From contig NZ_JAQNDL010000003.1 of the NCBI RefSeq assembly GCF_028368995.1, positions 928,001 to 992,000 on the forward strand: DNA of 64,000 bases, written 5' to 3'. The stretch is from Nannocystis bainbridge. GTDB taxonomy: Bacteria; Myxococcota_A; Polyangia; Nannocystales; Nannocystaceae. Below, in pieces: positions 1 to 11,291 of the stretch. Numbering within the stretch: position 1 is the stretch's first letter; the number at the start of each line of letters is the position of its first letter. A program made the translations under genes and the position numbers. The notes beneath the pieces are model-generated. The model saw nothing but the letters and a program-made list of their open reading frames with translations. It was not told the origin of the DNA and ran no database searches.

Positions 1-1
1 G

Positions 2-610
2 GCGACCGAGACGACGGCCGCCACTGACACGACGACGACCTCGCCGACGACCACGACCTCGCCGACGACCACGTCGACGACCGACGACTCGACCACCACG
101 TCCGACACGACGACCACCGGCGACGAGGTCACCTGCGAGGCCTATTGCGGGATCTACCTCGATGCCTGCACCGACTTCGCCGAGTACGACAACATGCAGG
201 CGTGCCTCGACCAGTGCGGCCAGTGGCCGGTCGGCAGCTCCGCCGACACCGCCGGTGACACGCTCGGCTGCCGCCTCTACCACGTGACCGTCGCCAGCAC
301 GGTCGACGCCAACGAGCACTGCCCGCACGCCAGCCCCAACGGCTCCGGCGTGTGTGTCGACGCCGCGGCCCCGGCCTGCGCCGATTACTGCACCACGTAC
401 TTCGCCAACTGCGAGAACGACCTCAACCTCTACAACGACGAGGCCGACTGCCTCGACCAGTGCGGCCACTGGTACCCCGGCACCGAGGCCGACGTCGACG
501 GCGACTCCGTCGGCTGCCGCCTCTACCACGCCGGCGTCGCGCAGACCGACGACGTGACCCACTGCCCGCACGCGGGCCCGGGCGGCGCCGGTGTGTGCGT
601 GATCCAGTGA
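2..610 (+). CDS. 5'-truncated Thr-rich secreted/lipoprotein with two Cys/His-rich repeats
   Basis: Frame is open from base 2 (ATETTAATD...). A Thr-rich linker precedes two repeats of C-x2-YC-x2-Y-x3-C...GD(T/S)xGCRLYH...HCPHA. Confidence 0.8.
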   Translation, partial: ATETTAATDTTTTSPTTTTSPTTTSTTDDSTTTSDTTTTGDEVTCEAYCGIYLDACTDFAEYDNMQACLDQCGQWPVGSSADTAGDTLGCRLYHVTVASTVDANEHCPHASPNGSGVCVDAAAPACADYCTTYFANCENDLNLYNDEADCLDQCGHWYPGTEADVDGDSVGCRLYHAGVAQTDDVTHCPHAGPGGAGVCVIQ

Positions 611-617
611 TCGGCGG

Positions 618-691
618 CCGCGCGGGCCACCCGCGCGGCGCTGACGAATGACCACAGAGCGCGACGGCCTGGCCGTCGCGCTCTTTCGTCA
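618..691. terminator. Two hairpins between convergent genes (possible bidirectional terminator)
   Basis: CCGCGCGGG-CCA-CCCGCGCGG at 618-638 and AGAGCGCGACGGCC-T-GGCCGTCGCGCTCT at 656-684, extended by TGACGAA/TTCGTCA. No strong U-tract. Confidence 0.5.
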
Positions 692-755
692 TTGTGAAGA
701 CTTCAGACCCCGATGCTTCGCCGGCCAATCACGGCACGGCGCGCCGCGCCCTGGC

Positions 756-1037
756 TCAGCCCTCGCGCGGGATGAAGGCCGTGTCGGCCATGTCGCCCTC
801 TTCGAAGCCGAAGAAGATCCGCATCTGCTTCTCGAGGAAGTCGCGGCCCTCCTTCGACTGCAGGTCGAGGCGGTACGTGTTGATGAACTTGGGCGACTCG
901 CGGATCCACATCTGCCACGCCTGGAGGCTGATGCTGTCGTAGAGCAGCTGGCCGAACTCGTTGGGGAACGGCTTGAAAGGCAGGGCCGGCAGGTCCTGCT
1001 TGAGCTTCTTGCAGTGGACGGTGCGGGGCGTGTTCAT
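756..1037 (-). CDS. yggX: Oxidative damage protection / Fe(II) trafficking protein YggX
   Basis: 93 aa, MNTPRTVHCKKL...PFPNEFGQ...ISLQAWQMW...INTYRLDL...FLEKQMRIFF, matching the YggX pattern. Overlaps the glyQS stop (ATGA). Confidence 0.9.
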   Translation of the reverse strand: MNTPRTVHCKKLKQDLPALPFKPFPNEFGQLLYDSISLQAWQMWIRESPKFINTYRLDLQSKEGRDFLEKQMRIFFGFEEGDMADTAFIPREG

Positions 1038-2617
1038 GGCGTCTCCGTCAGTGCCTTGCGGACGGTGTCGACCGCATCGGCGATCTTGATGCGCTCCTGG
1101 CGGCGGTCGTCGCGGTAGCGGATCGTGACCGTGTCGTCTTGCAGCGTCTGGGTGTCGACGGTCAGGCAGTAGGGCGTGCCGACCTCGTCGTGGCGGGCGT
1201 AGCGGCGGCCGATCGCGTGCTGCTCGTCGTACTTGGCGTTGACGCCGGCGGTGAAGAACGCGTCGACGACCTTGCGCGCGACCTCGGGCATGCCGTCCTT
1301 CTTGACCAGCGGCAGCACCCCGACCTTGATCGGCGACAGGCGCGGGTGCAGGCGCAGCACCGTGCGCGCGCCCTTGCCCTCGGCGTCGGCGGGCTCCTCG
1401 TCGTAGGCGTCGCACAGCGCGGCCAGGACCCCGCGCGTGGCCCCTGCGGCCGGCTCGACCACGTGCGGCACGTAGTGGCGGCCGGGCTTGCCGGTCGCGG
1501 GGTCGACGGCCTCGGGGTCGAAGTAGGTCAGCTTCTTGCCCGAGCCGGCGGAGTGGGCCTTGAGGTCGAAGTCGGTGCGGCTGGCGATGCCCTCGAGCTC
1601 GTCCCAGCCCCACGGGAACTTGTACTCGACGTCGTAGCAACCATCCGAGTAGTGGGCGAGCTCGTCGTCGTCGTGCTTGCGGAAGCGGAGGCTGTCCTCC
1701 TTGATGCCGATCGACTTCCACCACTTCATGCGCTCGCCCATCCAGTACTCGAGGTACTTCGGGCCCTCGCCCGGCGGCACGAAGAACTCGCACTCCATCT
1801 GCTCGAACTCGCAGGAGCGGAAGATGAAGTGCTCGGCGGTGACCTCGTTGCGGAAGCTCTTGCCCATCTGGGCGATGCCGAACGGGACCTTGAGCGACAG
1901 GCTCTGCTGCACGTTCATGAACTGCACGAACATCGCCTGGGCCGTCTCGGGCCGCAGGTACACCGACGACGCCGCCAGCGCGCCCTCGACTCTGGCCCGC
2001 AGCGCCTTGTCGTCGGCGCCCTCGGCCATGGCCTTGCGGACGATGTCGACCACGTCGCCGATCGGGTCGACCGGGCCGAGGCTGGTGCGGAACATCAGGT
2101 TGAAGCGGCGCTCGTCGCTCATGAACGGCGAGCCGCAGTTGGGGCACACGTAGCCGGCCGCGCCCGCCTTGGCGCCCGTCAGCGTGGCGCCCTCGCGGTG
2201 CAGCTTGACGCCGGCCTCGGTCAGCTTGTCCTGGGCCGCCTTGGCCCGGCTCTTGTCGAGGGTGATCGGCGCGTCCTCGCCCTCGGCCTTGCGCGGGGCC
2301 TTGTCGGCCCGGAAGCGCTCGCCGCAGACCTTGCAGTCGACCAGCGGGTCCGAGAAGTTGGCGAGGTGGCCGCTCGACTGCCACACCTCCGGCCGCATGA
2401 TGATCGACGCGTCGATGCCGACCACGTCCTCGCGGCTGTGGACCATGAAGCGCCACCACTCGCTCATCAGGTTGCGCTTCAGCTCCGCGCCCATCGGACC
2501 GTAGTCGTAGGCGGAGCGCAGGCCGCCGTAGATCTCGGAGCTCTGGAACACGAAGCCCCGTCGCTTGCAGAGCGACACGATCTTGTCCATCAGGTCCGGC
2601 TTTTGGCTGTCTTCCAT
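1034..2617 (-). CDS. glyQS: Glycine--tRNA ligase (alpha2, eukaryote/archaeal type)
   Basis: Motifs KRRGF, SEIYGG, YDYGPMG, LRPETAQ, GKSFRNE, EFEQME, WGWDELEGIASRTDFDL, VVEP and IGRRYARHDEVGTP. Confidence 0.96.
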   Translation of the reverse strand: MEDSQKPDLMDKIVSLCKRRGFVFQSSEIYGGLRSAYDYGPMGAELKRNLMSEWWRFMVHSREDVVGIDASIIMRPEVWQSSGHLANFSDPLVDCKVCGERFRADKAPRKAEGEDAPITLDKSRAKAAQDKLTEAGVKLHREGATLTGAKAGAAGYVCPNCGSPFMSDERRFNLMFRTSLGPVDPIGDVVDIVRKAMAEGADDKALRARVEGALAASSVYLRPETAQAMFVQFMNVQQSLSLKVPFGIAQMGKSFRNEVTAEHFIFRSCEFEQMECEFFVPPGEGPKYLEYWMGERMKWWKSIGIKEDSLRFRKHDDDELAHYSDGCYDVEYKFPWGWDELEGIASRTDFDLKAHSAGSGKKLTYFDPEAVDPATGKPGRHYVPHVVEPAAGATRGVLAALCDAYDEEPADAEGKGARTVLRLHPRLSPIKVGVLPLVKKDGMPEVARKVVDAFFTAGVNAKYDEQHAIGRRYARHDEVGTPYCLTVDTQTLQDDTVTIRYRDDRRQERIKIADAVDTVRKALTETP

Positions 2618-2655
2618 GGCGGCCGCGAGGTGTAGCACAGGGCTCCGGCCAGGCG

Positions 2656-4521
2656 CTACGGCCCGCCCGGGACCTCGCCGGGGCTGTCCGCGGCGGCGGC
2701 GGCCTGGCGGGCGACCAGCCTTGCGTAGACGCCGCCCCGCGCCAGCAGCTCGGCGTGGCGCCCGGTCTCGGCGATCCGGCCGTGGTCGAGGACGACGATC
2801 CGGTCGGCGTCGCGGATCGTGCTGAGGCGGTGGGCGATGACGAGGGTGGTGCGCCCGCGCTGCAGCACCTCGAGCGCGCCCTGGACCAGGTGCTCGCTCT
2901 CGGCGTCGAGCGCCGAGGTGGCCTCGTCGAGGATCAGCACCTTGGGGTCGCGCAGCAGCGCGCGCGCGATCGAGACCCGCTGCCGCTGCCCGCCCGACAA
3001 CTTGACCCCGCGCTCGCCGACCAGCGTGTCGTAGCCGAGAGGGAACTCGCGGATGAACCGGTCGGCGTTGGCCGCCCGCGCCGCGGCCTCGATCTCCGCG
3101 TCGCTGGCCTCGAGCCGGCCGTAGCGGATGTTGTCGCGGATCGTGCCGCTGAACAGCACCGGGTCCTGCGAGACCATCGCCATCGCCCCGCGCAGGTCGG
3201 CCAGCCGCAGCGCCCGCAGGTCGTGGCCGTCGAGCAGGATCGCCCCGGTCGACGGGTCCCAGAAGCGCAGCACCAGCCGCCCCAGCGTCGTCTTGCCCGA
3301 GCCCGACGAGCCGACCAGGGCGCAGACTTCACCTGGCCGAATGTGCAGGTCGATGTCGCGGACGACGGCGACGTCGCGGTCGCCGTAGGTGAAGGAGACG
3401 CCGACGAAGCGGATCTCGCCGGCCAGCGCGGGCTCGGCGACCGGGGCCGGCGGATCGGCGATCTCGGGCGTGGTGTCGAGGATCTCGAAGATCCGGGCGG
3501 TCGCGCCGAAGGTCGACTGCAACCCGCCGAGCAGCTCGGCGAGCGCCCCGACCGAGCCGGCCACCATCAGCGTGTAGAAGATGAAGCTGGTCAGCTCGGC
3601 GGCCGTGATCTCGCCCTCGATGACCATCGAGCCGCCGAGCCAGAACAGCCCGGCGATCGCGGCGAAGGCGAAGAAGCTGATCACCGCCGAGAACCAGCTG
3701 CGAGCGATCGCCCGCTTGATGAAAAGGCCGAAGGTCGTCTCGATCGCGCCGCCGTAGCGCCGGACCTCGAAGTCCTCGCGCGTGAACGCCTGGACCGTCT
3801 CGATCGCCGCGAGCCCCTCCTGCAGCGCCCCGCTGGCGGTCGCCAGCTCGTCCTGGGCCTTGCGGCTGAGCTCGCGGATGATGCGGCTCCAATAGTTGGC
3901 CGCGATCATCAACGCCGGCACCACCGCCAGCATCGCCGCGGTCAGCTTCCAGTTCATCCAGAACAGCACCGCGATCCCGCCGACCAGGGTCAGCACGTTG
4001 CGCAGGAAGATGCTGAGGTCCTGGCCGACGGTGCTCTGCAGGCGCGTGACGTCGTCGGAGAGGCGCGACAACAGCTCGCCGCTGCGCGTGCGGTGGAAGT
4101 AGCTCTGCGGCATGATCGCCAGGTGGCGATACAGCCCGACCCGCAGGTCCGCGACGACCCGCTCGCCGAGCCAGGTCATCCAGTAATGGCGGAAGAACAC
4201 GAACACCGCCTGCGCCAGGAACACCGCCAGCAGCAGCACGGTGTTGTCGCCGAGCTCGGCGTACGCGGCCTCGCTGTCGGCCGCGGCCGCGTTGGTGAAC
4301 GCCGCCTCGGCCAGCGCCCCGAAGTAGTACGGGTACACGAGCCCGAGGCCCGACGCGATCACGAGGCACACCAGCGCGGCGATCAGCCGGCCGGTGTACG
4401 GGCGCGTGTACGAGAACACCCGTCGCAGGCGCTCGACGGGCTTGATCTGTCGTTCGGGTGCGAGCTCGCCCGCGGCCGCGGACGGCTGGAGCTCGGGCGC
4501 GGGGCGCGTCGGCTGGGCCAT
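2656..4521 (-). CDS. ABC transporter, fused permease/ATPase (MsbA/Atm-like exporter)
   Basis: Six-TM domain, Walker A GSSGSGKT, LSGGQRQR, ILDEATSALD, IAHRLST. Confidence 0.92.
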   Translation of the reverse strand: MAQPTRPAPELQPSAAAGELAPERQIKPVERLRRVFSYTRPYTGRLIAALVCLVIASGLGLVYPYYFGALAEAAFTNAAAADSEAAYAELGDNTVLLLAVFLAQAVFVFFRHYWMTWLGERVVADLRVGLYRHLAIMPQSYFHRTRSGELLSRLSDDVTRLQSTVGQDLSIFLRNVLTLVGGIAVLFWMNWKLTAAMLAVVPALMIAANYWSRIIRELSRKAQDELATASGALQEGLAAIETVQAFTREDFEVRRYGGAIETTFGLFIKRAIARSWFSAVISFFAFAAIAGLFWLGGSMVIEGEITAAELTSFIFYTLMVAGSVGALAELLGGLQSTFGATARIFEILDTTPEIADPPAPVAEPALAGEIRFVGVSFTYGDRDVAVVRDIDLHIRPGEVCALVGSSGSGKTTLGRLVLRFWDPSTGAILLDGHDLRALRLADLRGAMAMVSQDPVLFSGTIRDNIRYGRLEASDAEIEAAARAANADRFIREFPLGYDTLVGERGVKLSGGQRQRVSIARALLRDPKVLILDEATSALDAESEHLVQGALEVLQRGRTTLVIAHRLSTIRDADRIVVLDHGRIAETGRHAELLARGGVYARLVARQAAAAADSPGEVPGGP

Positions 4522-4589
4522 GGGCGGCCGGAGCCTAACACGTCACGGCCACGCGCCTGACGGGACTCGTGCCCGCGCGGGGCCGCCCG

Positions 4590-5585
4590 TCACTGGCGCA
4601 GGCGCAGCTTGCCGGTGAGGCCGCTCAGCGTGATCTGCAGGCCGCCCATGGTCTCCTGCTGGAAGACGGTGTGGCCGTCGTCGTCGAAGTCGACGGTGAC
4701 CTGCCCCGTCGCGTTGTCGACGGTCACCGTGCCCGCCGGGAACGAGCCCGGCACGTCCATGAGCGGCGACTCGCCCGGCATCGCGATCCCCTCGTTCGAC
4801 GACTCCTGCACGTCCAGGATCGCGTTGACGACGATGTTGTGGATCGCGGACATCAGGCCCGTGATCGTGCCGCTGTCGTGGTCGGGGACGGTGAACGGGA
4901 AGGTGACCGCGAACGGCTCCGGACCGGTGATCACCAGGCTCTTGATGACCAGCTTGACGTTGACGATGAGCGGGATGTCGCACTCGAGCTGCGGCGTGTC
5001 GGCCATGTTGACCGACGCGGCGAAGACCCGGCCGGTGCCCACGTCGTCGAGCGTGACCTCGATCTGCCCACCGGTGGCCACCAGCGTGACCGGGAACTGG
5101 CACATGGCGATGAACTGCGACGCGGTCGCCTGGCTCTGCAGCGCGTTGAACTCGGGCGGCGCGCCGTCGGCGATGGTGAACTTCAGCGGCTCGTCACACA
5201 CGTTGCCGACGCTGTTGCCGTCGAAATCGAGCTGGTTCGGGTTGGCGTCGCAGCGGCAGTTGTCGTCCTTGTTGGCGATCGCATCGCCGTCCTCGTCGGC
5301 GTCGTCGGCCGGGGCCGCGCAGTCGCCCGGCATCACCCCCGTGGTCGTGCTCGTCGTCGGGTCGGTCGTCGTCGGATCGGTCGACGTCGTCGTCGTCGTC
5401 TCGTCGATGGTGGTCGTCGTGGTCGGGTCGTCCGTCGTCGTCGTCGTCGTCGTCGGATCGGTCGACGTCGGCGTCTCCGTCGTGCTCGTCGAAGTTTCGG
5501 TCGCCGAGGTGTTGCCGTCGTCGCCGCAGGCGGCCCCGACGAGGATCAACGAGGAAAGCAAGGAGGTATGCAGACGGGAGAGCAT
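4590..5585 (-). CDS. Thr-rich lipoprotein with thrombospondin type-3-like Ca-binding repeat
   Basis: Lipobox VGAAC, Thr/Asp stalk, and DADEDGDAIANKDDNC...NPNQLDFDGNSVGNVCD. Confidence 0.8.
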   Translation of the reverse strand: MLSRLHTSLLSSLILVGAACGDDGNTSATETSTSTTETPTSTDPTTTTTTTDDPTTTTTIDETTTTTSTDPTTTDPTTSTTTGVMPGDCAAPADDADEDGDAIANKDDNCRCDANPNQLDFDGNSVGNVCDEPLKFTIADGAPPEFNALQSQATASQFIAMCQFPVTLVATGGQIEVTLDDVGTGRVFAASVNMADTPQLECDIPLIVNVKLVIKSLVITGPEPFAVTFPFTVPDHDSGTITGLMSAIHNIVVNAILDVQESSNEGIAMPGESPLMDVPGSFPAGTVTVDNATGQVTVDFDDDGHTVFQQETMGGLQITLSGLTGKLRLRQ

Positions 5586-6195
5586 TCCTGCCTTTTATCA
5601 CAAGCCCGCCGCGCGCGAAATTTCTCCAGGCCCGCCCCGGCCCCGCCAAAAGCTGCACCAGCCGGCCCTGGCGAGGTCTCCCGCGGGCTCTCGGCGGGGG
5701 GCCGGCGGGCTCCACGAGCAAACTGCCGCGCCGCGTCGGGCATCGGCGCACGATCGGCGGGGGTTCCTCGGGTGCGTCCGCCGGTCGACCTTCGCGGGCT
5801 CGGGCCGACCACTTGCCCCTCCACCGTCGCCGCGGCCGTCAAGGGTTGCGCCGATCTCCCTGAGCGCGGCCCGCCGACATCGGCGTGGCGACCACGCCGC
5901 CGCGCCGATCGATGGCCCCTCGTAGCGCGGTTCGACGAGCCCGGCGCGCGCACCTGCGTGGCGGGTGACGCGGTGGAGGTTTCATTCGCCGCGTGCGGCC
6001 GCATACTTTCATGGCATCGCGCGCAGGCCGGGCCGAAGCGCTCGCGGCGCGGGTAACGGTCCTGGTGAAGATCGAAGCTTTGTGGTTCTCGGGCCCACTG
6101 GCCATGGCCGATGCGGTCGCCAGCAACTCGAGTAGCCACTTCTCCTGCCGCTCTTCACAACACATGTAATTTCGAAACGTTGACGGTCGCGAAAC

Positions 6196-6212
6196 CTGGC
6201 ACATGCTTCGCT
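6196..6212 (+). promoter_or_regulatory. Putative sigma54 (-24/-12) promoter
   Basis: CTGGCACATGCTTCGCT: GG at 6198-99, 10 nt, GC at 6210-11. Close to consensus TGGCAC-N5-TTGC, with an AT-richer tract upstream. Confidence 0.6.
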
Positions 6213-6237
6213 AGTCGAAGAGACAAGGAGCCCTAAC

Positions 6238-6381
6238 ATGGACGCACTCGCTTTTATCGCCCTCTTCGGCCTCATCCTCCCCGCGGTCGCGGCCGCGACC
6301 AGCGAGGTCCGCGACCGGATCGAGAGCAACCGGCTCCACCGCGAGGTGCTGCGCACCTTCGCGGTCGCGAAGACCGATTGA
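6238..6381 (+). CDS. Small 47-aa protein with hydrophobic N-terminus (absent from ORF track)
   Basis: AAGGAG RBS at 6225-6230; MDALAFIALFGLILPAVAAATSEVRDRIESNRLHREVLRTFAVAKTD; GC3-rich codons; T-run just after the stop. Confidence 0.7.
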   Translation: MDALAFIALFGLILPAVAAATSEVRDRIESNRLHREVLRTFAVAKTD

Positions 6382-6633
6382 GACCGAAGCTTTTTTTCAC
6401 CCCGCACGCGTGACGTTCGTCCCCCCCTGAGCGTCCCGTGCACAACCCGACGCCCGCGCGCCTCACGGCTCGCGGGCGTCGCCCTTTAATCCGTCCCGAT
6501 GTGTCATCGTGCCACCCGCCGCGCATCGTGACACGCCTCGCGCTCGGCCCGGGCGATGATTGTCAGGTCGCCGCAATCCTGTGCACCGATTCGGAATCCC
6601 CTCGCACGACGCGCGAGGGTTCGCCGCGGTGGC

Positions 6634-7602
6634 TCAACCTTGCGTATCGAGGCCCAGCGTCGGGGGACCGCCGGGCGGCGACTCTGCAGCATCGGCAGCA
6701 CCCAGCGCCTCGCGCACCCAGCGTCCCACGTCACCGGGGCTCACGGGAGGGAGCGCGCGACGGGCCTCGTGCAGATGCAGGGACAGCGCCGTGAGATCGG
6801 CGAACCGCTCTCCGGGTGACTTCGCCATGCTGCGTCGGAGCAGCGCGGGCAGCGGGCTCGGCAGCGCCGCGAGCTCGGGGTCGTCGGGCAGCGGCATGGA
6901 GCGGATGTTCTCCGTCGTCGCCAGCGGCCCCGTGCCGTCGAACGGTCGCCGACCCAGCAGCAGCTCGTGGAGCGTCACCCCGAGCGCGAACTGATCCGAC
7001 GCGGCGGTGACGGCCTCGCCCGCGACCTGCTCGGGCGACATGTACGCGAACTTGCCCTTGACCATCCGGCCCCAGGTCACGTTGCGCAGCGCCGTCGCCT
7101 TGGCGATGCCGAAGTCTGCCAGCTTGATGTCACCTGTCCGAGAGACCAGGATGTTGCCGGGGCTCACGTCGCGGTGCACGAGCCCCAGCGGTCGGCCGAG
7201 CTCGTCCGTCAGCGCGTGCACGTGCACCAGCGCGTGCGCCACCTGCTCCGCCAGCCACAGCGCCAGCGCCAGCGGCAGCGCCCGGCGGGCCAGCAGCGCC
7301 GCCAGATCGGCCCCGTCGACGTAGTCCATGACCACGAAGTAGGCCCCGAAGTGCAGCCCGAGATCGTGCACGTGCACCAGCCCCGGGTGACTGAAGCGCG
7401 CGCCGATCTTCGCCTCCGCGATCAGCAGCCGCTCGATCTCCGGGCGGCCGCGGTGCTCCGGCCGCAGCAGCTTGAGCGCCACCGGCTTCTCGAACCCGCT
7501 CGCCCCGTAGCGCAGCCCCAGCAGCACCTCCGCCATCCCGCCGCGGCCGAGCCGGCGCACGACGCGATACGGCCCGAGGGTCGCGGGGAGCGGCTCGCTC
7601 AC
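6634..7602 (-). CDS. Ser/Thr protein kinase (cytoplasmic)
   Basis: GTG start inferred. LGRGGMAEV, VALK, HRDVSPGN, DFG, GKFAYMSPEQ. Confidence 0.9.
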   Translation of the reverse strand: MSEPLPATLGPYRVVRRLGRGGMAEVLLGLRYGASGFEKPVALKLLRPEHRGRPEIERLLIAEAKIGARFSHPGLVHVHDLGLHFGAYFVVMDYVDGADLAALLARRALPLALALWLAEQVAHALVHVHALTDELGRPLGLVHRDVSPGNILVSRTGDIKLADFGIAKATALRNVTWGRMVKGKFAYMSPEQVAGEAVTAASDQFALGVTLHELLLGRRPFDGTGPLATTENIRSMPLPDDPELAALPSPLPALLRRSMAKSPGERFADLTALSLHLHEARRALPPVSPGDVGRWVREALGAADAAESPPGGPPTLGLDTQG

Positions 7603-7677
7603 GAGGAACCAGCCTACGCGATGTCGCCCGGCCTGTCTCGTCCGCGTTTTTGCGCCGGAGGCCGCTATGCTGCCCGC

Positions 7678-9036
<1,359 letters not shown>

Positions 9037-9141
9037 CGGTCCATTCGCACGGACAAGTGAATCCATCGAGTGACCCCGGCGACTCGCACCATTGCGCGCC
9101 GTCGCGCCCGCAACAATCACGACCCTCGCCCCTGCCATCAT

Positions 9142-9909
9142 TCACGCTCGCGCCGTCACCGCGACGACGATCGCCGTGATGTTGTCGCGCGACCCGGCGA
9201 GGAATGCCTCGTGCACCAGCCGCTCGCACACCTCCTCGACCGGCCCGGCCGCCAGCAGCGCCGCGATCGTCTCCTCGGAGAGCGGCCCCGTCAGCCCGTC
9301 GGTGCACAGCAGCAGGCGATCGCCCGCGCGCAGCTCGACCCGGTGCAGCTCCGGTCGCTCCTCCTCGTGGGGCCCCAGCGCCCGCGTGATCACGTTCGCG
9401 TAGCCGAACTCCGCCAGCGGCCCGACCGCGACCCCGCCGTCGCGCAGCTGCTCGTACAGCGAGTGATCGCGCGTCAGCTGCACGAGCGACGGGCCACCTG
9501 TCTCTTCGCGCAGGCGGTACACCCGGCTGTCGCCCAGGTGGGCCACGATCGCCGAGCTCCCCAGCAGCGACACCAGCGCGATCGTCGAGCCCATGTCGCG
9601 CAGCGAGCCCTGGCGGCTCCCGCAGATCCGCCGGTTCGCCAGGCGGATCGCCGCGTCGACCCGGTTCTCCGCCATCGTGAGCGATGGGTCGAGCCCGTAC
9701 GGCCAGGTCGCCTCGGCGTCGGTCGTCACGTGCTGGAAGAACTCCGCCAGCGACTCGACCGCCAGCCGGCTCGCCACCTCCCCGCCCGCGTAGCCGCCCA
9801 TGCCGTCGGCGACGGCGAACACGCCCTCCACCGGCGCGAGCAGATACGCGTCCTCGTTGTGGTGGCGACGACCGACGAACGTGTGCGCGCTGGCGACGAA
9901 GGCATGCAT
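9142..9909 (-). CDS. PP2C-family Ser/Thr phosphatase
   Basis: RHHNED, VADGMGG, MGST, HLGDSR, TRDHS, LLCTDGL, DNIT; AAGGAGG RBS. Confidence 0.92.
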   Translation of the reverse strand: MHAFVASAHTFVGRRHHNEDAYLLAPVEGVFAVADGMGGYAGGEVASRLAVESLAEFFQHVTTDAEATWPYGLDPSLTMAENRVDAAIRLANRRICGSRQGSLRDMGSTIALVSLLGSSAIVAHLGDSRVYRLREETGGPSLVQLTRDHSLYEQLRDGGVAVGPLAEFGYANVITRALGPHEEERPELHRVELRAGDRLLLCTDGLTGPLSEETIAALLAAGPVEEVCERLVHEAFLAGSRDNITAIVVAVTARA

Positions 9910-10156
9910 GCCCACCTCCTTCCAAGCCGCGCGCCGCGGCCAAGCCCGCGACAATTCACGCACCCCTGGCGACCGCACACCCCACCCGTCGGGCCCCTCC
10001 CCAGGAGGGGTGGAGACTCGCCACCTCAGCGCGGAGGACGCAGCGCCAGCTCGCGCGCCTTCCCGTCACTCCCACCATTGGCCCGCGCATTCGCGGACGA
10101 TCGGGGAGCCCGCCGCCTCGCGTGTGACGCTCACGTCGCGAGGACCTGGCCCGTCG

Positions 10157-11254
10157 ATGTTATCCTCGCTGCCCGTGGCTTCACCGCGCATCCTCCTCGC
10201 CGCCGCGTCCCTCGTGCTCGCCTGCAACGACGCTGGACCCGCCGGCGCGTCCGCGAGCGCCACCACCGGCGAACTCACCACCTCCACGACCTCGACCGAC
10301 ACCAGCACTGGGGGTCCGCTCACCACCGGCGGATCGCTCACCACCGGCGACAGCGAAGACGGCACCACCACCACGACCACCACGGGTGACCCGCTCCCGA
10401 CCTCGACCTCGACGACCACCGGCGACGACACCACCACCGGCGGCCTCACGCGCTGCCCCGTCGTCGCACCGGCGGCGCAGGTCTCGATCGTCGCCGACGA
10501 CGACATCCACGAGACCTCCGGCCTGATCGCCAGCCGCACCCAGACGGACGTGTTCTGGCTGCACAACGACTCTGGCGACGGCCCGCGCTTCTTCGCCATC
10601 GACCCGACCGGCGCGCGCCTCGGCGCCTTCGAGGTCGACGGCGCCCAGGCCGTCGATTGGGAGGATATGTCCTCCGGGCCAGGTCCTACCGCCGGCGAAT
10701 GGCTGTACTTCGGCGACATCGGCGACAACCCCGAGTCGCGGCAGTCGATCACCGTCTACCGCGTGCCCGAGCCCGACGCCGCCGCTGCCGGCGGGGAGAC
10801 CGTCACCATCGAGGGCGTCGAGGCCATCGAGCTCACCTACCCGGACGAGCCGCACAACGCCGAGACCTTGCTGGTCGACCCGCAGACCGGGGACCTGGTG
10901 ATCGTGGCCAAGGGCGACCCGACCCGGATCTTCCGCCTCCCCGGCCCGGTCGCGGCGGGCGGCCCCTACGTGCTCGAGGAGGTCGCGCCGATCCAGTTCC
11001 CGGCCGTCGTCGCCACTGGCGGCGACATCTCGCCCGCCGGCGACTTCATCGCCGTCCGCACCTACGGCCAGGCGTTCCTGTGGCTGCGCCTGCCCGGTGA
11101 CTCCATCGCCGACGCCTTTGCCGGCGAGCCTTGCACGATCCCCCTCGCCATCGAGACCCAGGGCGAGACCCTCGCCATCGCCCCCGACGCCTCCGGCTAT
11201 TACACCATGAGCGAAGGCGACGCCGTCCCGCTGTGGTGGTACGGCTTCAATTGA
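10157..11254 (+). CDS. Thr-rich lipoprotein with beta-propeller head domain
   Basis: Lipobox LVLAC and Thr stalk; ETSGL, HNDSGD, DWEDM, GDIGDN, NAETL and QGETL blades. Confidence 0.8.
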   Translation: MLSSLPVASPRILLAAASLVLACNDAGPAGASASATTGELTTSTTSTDTSTGGPLTTGGSLTTGDSEDGTTTTTTTGDPLPTSTSTTTGDDTTTGGLTRCPVVAPAAQVSIVADDDIHETSGLIASRTQTDVFWLHNDSGDGPRFFAIDPTGARLGAFEVDGAQAVDWEDMSSGPGPTAGEWLYFGDIGDNPESRQSITVYRVPEPDAAAAGGETVTIEGVEAIELTYPDEPHNAETLLVDPQTGDLVIVAKGDPTRIFRLPGPVAAGGPYVLEEVAPIQFPAVVATGGDISPAGDFIAVRTYGQAFLWLRLPGDSIADAFAGEPCTIPLAIETQGETLAIAPDASGYYTMSEGDAVPLWWYGFN

Positions 11255-11291
11255 GTCGACCCCGCCGCGCTGCCAGCGGGCGCGGCGTCGT

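Noticed and set aside
756-2459. 567-aa ORF
   Set aside because: Only the last 93 aa (YggX) are real; the rest is an alternate frame over glyQS.
10078-10096. TTGGCCCGCGCATTCGC as a sigma54 promoter (similarly TGGCAC at 50445)
   Set aside because: The GG-to-GC spacing is not the required 10 nt.
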